In this document: in pieces, positions 60,392 through 64,000 of the stretch
Position numbering within the stretch: position 1 is the first letter of the stretch
Layout of the letters: each line of letters begins with the position of its first letter
Translations under genes and position numbers: made by a program
Notes under the pieces: model-generated
Told to the model about the DNA's origin: nothing
Database searches by the model: none
Seen by the model: only the letters and a program-made list of their open reading frames with translations
Assembly (NCBI GenBank): GCA_963720765.1
Contig: CAVRGS010000013.1
Coordinates: 406,467-470,466 of the forward strand
DNA: 64,000 nt
Source of the DNA: an uncultured Actinomycetes bacterium
GTDB lineage: Bacteria; Actinomycetota; Acidimicrobiia; IMCC26256; DASPTH01
Reading direction: 5' to 3'

Positions 60392-60884
60392 GCCACCCCT
60401 GGGACCACTCCTGTGCGGGTGCGCCCGACGCGGCGTCGGAGAAGGTCTGGAGTGCGAGCACGAGTTCGCGCCGCCGCGTCGGTGGAATCGCGTCGATGAT
60501 GGCGGAGATCCGGTCATGGCGACGTCGGGTGACCCGGTCGACGAGCGAGCGCCCCCGCCGAGTGAGCGAGACCACGACCTCCCGACGGTCGCCGGGTTCG
60601 GTGGCCCGCTCGATCAGACCCCTCGCGGAGAGTCGATCGCAGAGTCGCGTGACGGTCGACGAGTAGACGTCGAGCAGCTTCGAGAGCGTCGCGACCTTCT
60701 TCGGTCCGTCCATCGCGAGCAGGACCAGCAAGCGGTACTGCGGCAAGGTGATCTCGACCCGCTCGTCGGCGAGGGAAGCGATGGCGATCGCGACCATGGC
60801 GCGTGACGCGGTCAGCACCGCCTCGACGACGCGTTCCCGATCGTCGTCGGCCGACGGCGTGCTCCCGCGCGTGGGCTGGTCCAT
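60381..60884 (-). CDS. MarR family transcriptional regulator
   Basis: 3' 167 aa of ORF 60381..61094: ...ITLPQYRLLVLLAMDGPKKVATLSKLLDVYSSTVTRLCDRLSARGLIERATEPGDRREVVVSLTRRG. Confidence 0.85.
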   Translation of the reverse strand: MDQPTRGSTPSADDDRERVVEAVLTASRAMVAIAIASLADERVEITLPQYRLLVLLAMDGPKKVATLSKLLDVYSSTVTRLCDRLSARGLIERATEPGDRREVVVSLTRRGRSLVDRVTRRRHDRISAIIDAIPPTRRRELVLALQTFSDAASGAPAQEWSQGWLKE

Positions 60885-61009
60885 CTCGCGATCATTGCAT
60901 ACGACACGGAATCCGGCTCGGGCCGCACACCCGGCGTGCACCTCGCGCGGTCCCGGTGTGGCCGGCGCCGCTCGCGGAACGGGAATCCGCATCGCTCTAG
61001 CATCGTGGA

Positions 61010-61651
61010 ATGCCCCGCGACGCCACGACGACCCGCGACCAGTTGCTCGACGCCGCTGCGCACGAGTTCGCCGAGCACGGGGTGTGGAACGCATCGCTGA
61101 TCGAGGTCACGAGGCGCGCCGGGCAACGCAACCGCGCCGCGCTCCGCTACCACTTCGGCACCCGTGAAGACGTGCTGTGCGCGGTGCTCGAACGCCACGT
61201 CGAGTTCCTGGCCCAACGCGAGGGCGAGCTGTTGGCCAAGGCGCGCCGCACCCCCGATCACGACGTCGGCGCGGTGGTCGAGGCGATCGTGCGCCCCGCG
61301 GCCGAACTGGCGGCGAGCGGCTGGCGGGGCCGGTCGTGTCTCTTGATCGTGGCCGAGTTGGCAGGGGAGGACCCCGCTCGGTTCAGCCCGGCGCTGGAGT
61401 CGGTGCTGGCACGCACCGGTGGCCACGAGGTCTACGCACTCCTTGCCGAGCGCATGCCGGCGGTGCCCCGAGAGATCCTCGACGAGCGCTCCAGTCTCAT
61501 CACCATGTTCATCCTCCGTGCGGTCGCCGACCGCGAGCGAGCCAAGGCGCGCACCACCAGGCCGTCCCGGCACGTGCTCGACGACGAAGCCTTCGTGGAG
61601 AACCTGGTGGCGATGGTTGCGGGCGCCGTGACGACGACTTGGCCCGGCTGA
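61010..61651 (+). CDS. TetR/AcrR family transcriptional regulator
   Basis: 213-aa ORF: TRDQLLDAAAHEFAEHGVWNASLIEVTRRAGQRNRAALRYHFGTREDVL. Confidence 0.9.
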   Translation: MPRDATTTRDQLLDAAAHEFAEHGVWNASLIEVTRRAGQRNRAALRYHFGTREDVLCAVLERHVEFLAQREGELLAKARRTPDHDVGAVVEAIVRPAAELAASGWRGRSCLLIVAELAGEDPARFSPALESVLARTGGHEVYALLAERMPAVPREILDERSSLITMFILRAVADRERAKARTTRPSRHVLDDEAFVENLVAMVAGAVTTTWPG

Positions 61652-61750
61652 CGTCTCCCCCTGATCCCCTCTGACCGGTCGGGGTTGACGTAAGCAGGGG
61701 TGCTCAATACGCTCTGGGCCGCTCGTCAGAGTCGGATCCAGGGGGGAACC

Positions 61751-63079
61751 GTGCCCAACGTTCGTCGCCCGTTGCTCGCGCTCGCCGCGCTGAGCCTTGC
61801 CGTCGCCTCGTTCGCGACCGTCACGTCCGCGGGGGCCGCAACGCCCGCGGCGAATGCCGCCAGCGAGATCGGTGTCACCGCGAAGACCATCAGCATCGCC
61901 GTCATCGCCGACGTCGACAACTCGCTCGCACCCAATGCGTTCAAGGGCATCGTCGACGGCGCGCAGGCGGGTGCGAAATTCGTGAACGCCAACGGCGGCG
62001 TCGCCGGGCGCACGCTGAAGGTGGACTTCATCGACTCGCACCTCAACCCGAACGACACCCGCAACGCGATCATCACCGCGTGCGGCCAGGACCTCTCGAT
62101 GGTCAGCACCGCCACCGCACTGTTCACAGGACTCGATGACCTCACCGGCTGCAAGGACAAGGCGGGGCAGGCGACCGGTCTCCCCGACATCGGCTCGATC
62201 GTCCTGGGCACACCCCAGGCATGCGCGCCGACGTCGTTCCCTGTGATCCCGTCGATGATCGACTGCTCGACCGTCGGGAAGAACCCGCAGACGTACCGGA
62301 CCAACCAGGGCGTCTTCAAGTACCTGTCGAAGCAGCACAAGGGCGACCTGAAGGGCCCGTTCATCAAGAGCAGCGATTCGCCCGACGCGGCGCGATCCAC
62401 CGACTCGCTCGCCGACGCGGCCAAGAACGCCGGCATCGACGTCACCGGCATGCCGTCGCTGTCGAACTCGTCGCCGCAGAGCGCGTTCACCCCGGTCGTC
62501 ACGCAGATGAAGCAGGACGGCGACAACTGGTCCGACAACGGCCTCACCACTCCGGGCGCGGTCCTGCTGCGGCAGGAGGCCGCGCTCCAGGGCCTCGACA
62601 GCAACTCGATCGTCTGGCAGTGCACCAGCGCCTGCTACGACCAGAAGCAGATGGCTGCGGCGGGCGACGCGATGGACGGCGAGTACGTCGACCTCGGGTT
62701 CCTGCCGTTCGCCGAGGCCAAGTCGAACAAGACGCTCGCGGGCTACCTGAAGTACATCGGGAAGGACAACGCCAGCGCGTTCGGGGTCTATGGCTTCGAA
62801 GCCGTGCTCGCGTTCAAAGAGGCCGCCGACACCGCCAACAAGTCGACCGACGGCCTCACGCGGGCGTCGTTGCTCACGGCGCTCAAGGGCATGGACAGCT
62901 TCAACGCGGGAGGCATGACGGGCACGGTGAACATCGGCGGGAAGGTGCCGTCGAGCTGCTTCATGGTCGTGCAGTGGAACGGCGGCAAGTTCAACCGCAT
63001 CTACCCGAAGAAGGCCGGCACCTTCGACTGCACCACCTCGAACCGGTACACGTACCAGACCGACCTCACCACGCCCTGA
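61751..63079 (+). CDS. type-I PBP-fold ABC solute-binding protein (Liv-like), secreted
   Basis: ORF 61700..63079. The likely GTG start gives VPNVRRPLLALAALSLAVASFATVTSAGA, followed by IAVIADVDNS...GVAGRTLKVDFIDSH. Confidence 0.85.
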   Translation: MPNVRRPLLALAALSLAVASFATVTSAGAATPAANAASEIGVTAKTISIAVIADVDNSLAPNAFKGIVDGAQAGAKFVNANGGVAGRTLKVDFIDSHLNPNDTRNAIITACGQDLSMVSTATALFTGLDDLTGCKDKAGQATGLPDIGSIVLGTPQACAPTSFPVIPSMIDCSTVGKNPQTYRTNQGVFKYLSKQHKGDLKGPFIKSSDSPDAARSTDSLADAAKNAGIDVTGMPSLSNSSPQSAFTPVVTQMKQDGDNWSDNGLTTPGAVLLRQEAALQGLDSNSIVWQCTSACYDQKQMAAAGDAMDGEYVDLGFLPFAEAKSNKTLAGYLKYIGKDNASAFGVYGFEAVLAFKEAADTANKSTDGLTRASLLTALKGMDSFNAGGMTGTVNIGGKVPSSCFMVVQWNGGKFNRIYPKKAGTFDCTTSNRYTYQTDLTTP

Positions 63080-63156
63080 CCACGCGCCCGCATCGAGGTC
63101 GCGTCAGTTGGCGTCCACAGACGACGTCAGGTGACGCAACCTCGTGATCGGGCGGC

Positions 63157-63927
63157 TCAGGCGTGGGTGCCGCCGTCGATGCGCACGGACGTGCCGGTCA
63201 CGTAGGCGCCATCGTCGGAGGCGAGCATCGCGATCACCGAGGCCACGACCTCCGGCGGGGCGAAGCCCTCGCCGAGCAACGGCGTGATCTTGGCGAAGAG
63301 GCTCCAGTCGGTCTCGGCGGGCAGCATCCCGCCGGTGGTCTCGGTGATCCCGCTCTGGATGCTGCCGGGCGCGACCGCGGTGACTCGGATCCCGCGCTTG
63401 GCGTACTCCATGGCGAGTGTGTGCGTCATCGCGTCGATGCCGCCCTTGCTCGCGGCGTAGGCCGCCATGTAGGGGTGCCCGAAGGTCGCCGATGTCGAGC
63501 TGAAGTTGACGATCGCCGCGTGGTCGGACTCGAGCAGTGCCGGGATGGCGGCCCGGCACATCAGGAACGTACCGGTGAGGTTGACGTTGATCACCTGGTT
63601 CCACATGTCGAGCGTGCACTCGTGGGTGTTCGCCGCACGCAGGATCCCCGCCGCGTTCACGAGCACGTCGAGGCCGCCGAAGCGGTCGACGGTGGCACGA
63701 ACGCCCGACTCCACCGACTGCTCGTCGGCGATGTCGAGCACCGCGGTGGTCAGCCGCTTCCCGATGCCCTCGGCGTCGGCGAGCTCGGCGGTGCCGACGA
63801 GGCCGGGCTCGTCGACGTCGATGGTGTGCACCGTGCCCGCCTCCCGCAGCAGGCGCAGCACCGTGGCGCGCCCGATGCCCGAGCCGCCGCCGGTCACGAT
63901 GATGTGTCGATCCTGGAAACGTTCCAC
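63157..63927 (-). CDS. short-chain dehydrogenase/reductase (SDR)
   Basis: ORF 63157..63963 with IIVTGGGSGIGRA, NAAGI and YAASKGGI. The start is either the GTG at 63927 or the ATG at 63963. Confidence 0.9.
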   Translation of the reverse strand: MERFQDRHIIVTGGGSGIGRATVLRLLREAGTVHTIDVDEPGLVGTAELADAEGIGKRLTTAVLDIADEQSVESGVRATVDRFGGLDVLVNAAGILRAANTHECTLDMWNQVINVNLTGTFLMCRAAIPALLESDHAAIVNFSSTSATFGHPYMAAYAASKGGIDAMTHTLAMEYAKRGIRVTAVAPGSIQSGITETTGGMLPAETDWSLFAKITPLLGEGFAPPEVVASVIAMLASDDGAYVTGTSVRIDGGTHA

Positions 63928-64000
63928 GATGTGCCTCCTGCTTCGAGAGCACTCTTCTAGCATTCGTGCGCATGTCGATGATCGAGACGCTGCGTTCGGT

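Overview
The window is very GC-rich and densely packed with genes. Its content looks like an Actinomycetota chromosome: a mycothiol/DinB-type isomerase, F420/LLM oxidoreductases, Ku with a stand-alone LigD polymerase domain, and many GTG/TTG starts with 4-bp start/stop overlaps. I support about 65 protein-coding genes, one tRNA-Cys(GCA), several short tandem repeats, and a handful of AT-rich or palindromic intergenic sites. I found no rRNA, CRISPR array, transposase, integrase or phage genes. Many long ORFs in the track are antisense or out-of-frame shadows typical of high-GC DNA, so I chose genes by recognisable protein sequence and computed starts by counting residues back from the ORF ends. 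Gene content falls into four groups. (1) Transport: two ABC-2 exporter pairs, a CDF transporter, an MFS transporter, one very large single-chain Liv-type importer, and four type-I solute-binding proteins. (2) NHEJ: Ku and a LigD polymerase domain. (3) A large redox/lipid-type catabolic neighbourhood with two P450s, a ferredoxin, a Rieske protein, two LLM oxidoreductases, three SDRs, two acyl-CoA synthetases, an enoyl-CoA hydratase, a thiolase with its DUF35 partner, an epoxide hydrolase, and VOC and alpha/beta hydrolases. (4) Regulators: three MarR, one TetR and one XRE. I did not find a clear-cut novel multi-gene system such as a defence island. The observations most worth a second look are listed here. 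First, at least eight reading-frame breaks occur in seven otherwise conserved genes, several at GCGCG-type tracts, which means either assembly indels or real pseudogenes. Second, two unannotated tandem mini-ORFs with a desulforedoxin-like Cys pattern sit upstream of an acyl-CoA synthetase. Third, a 1215-aa polypeptide fuses LivH-, LivM-, LivF- and LivG-like domains. Fourth, a CDF transporter is fused to a SnoaL-like domain that keeps its own Shine-Dalgarno sequence and ATG. Fifth, a 57-bp tandem duplication sits exactly on a methyltransferase-stop/MarR-start overlap. Sixth, several divergent promoter regions carry conspicuous repeats or palindromes. Base-level coordinates of small motifs may be off by 1-2 nt.
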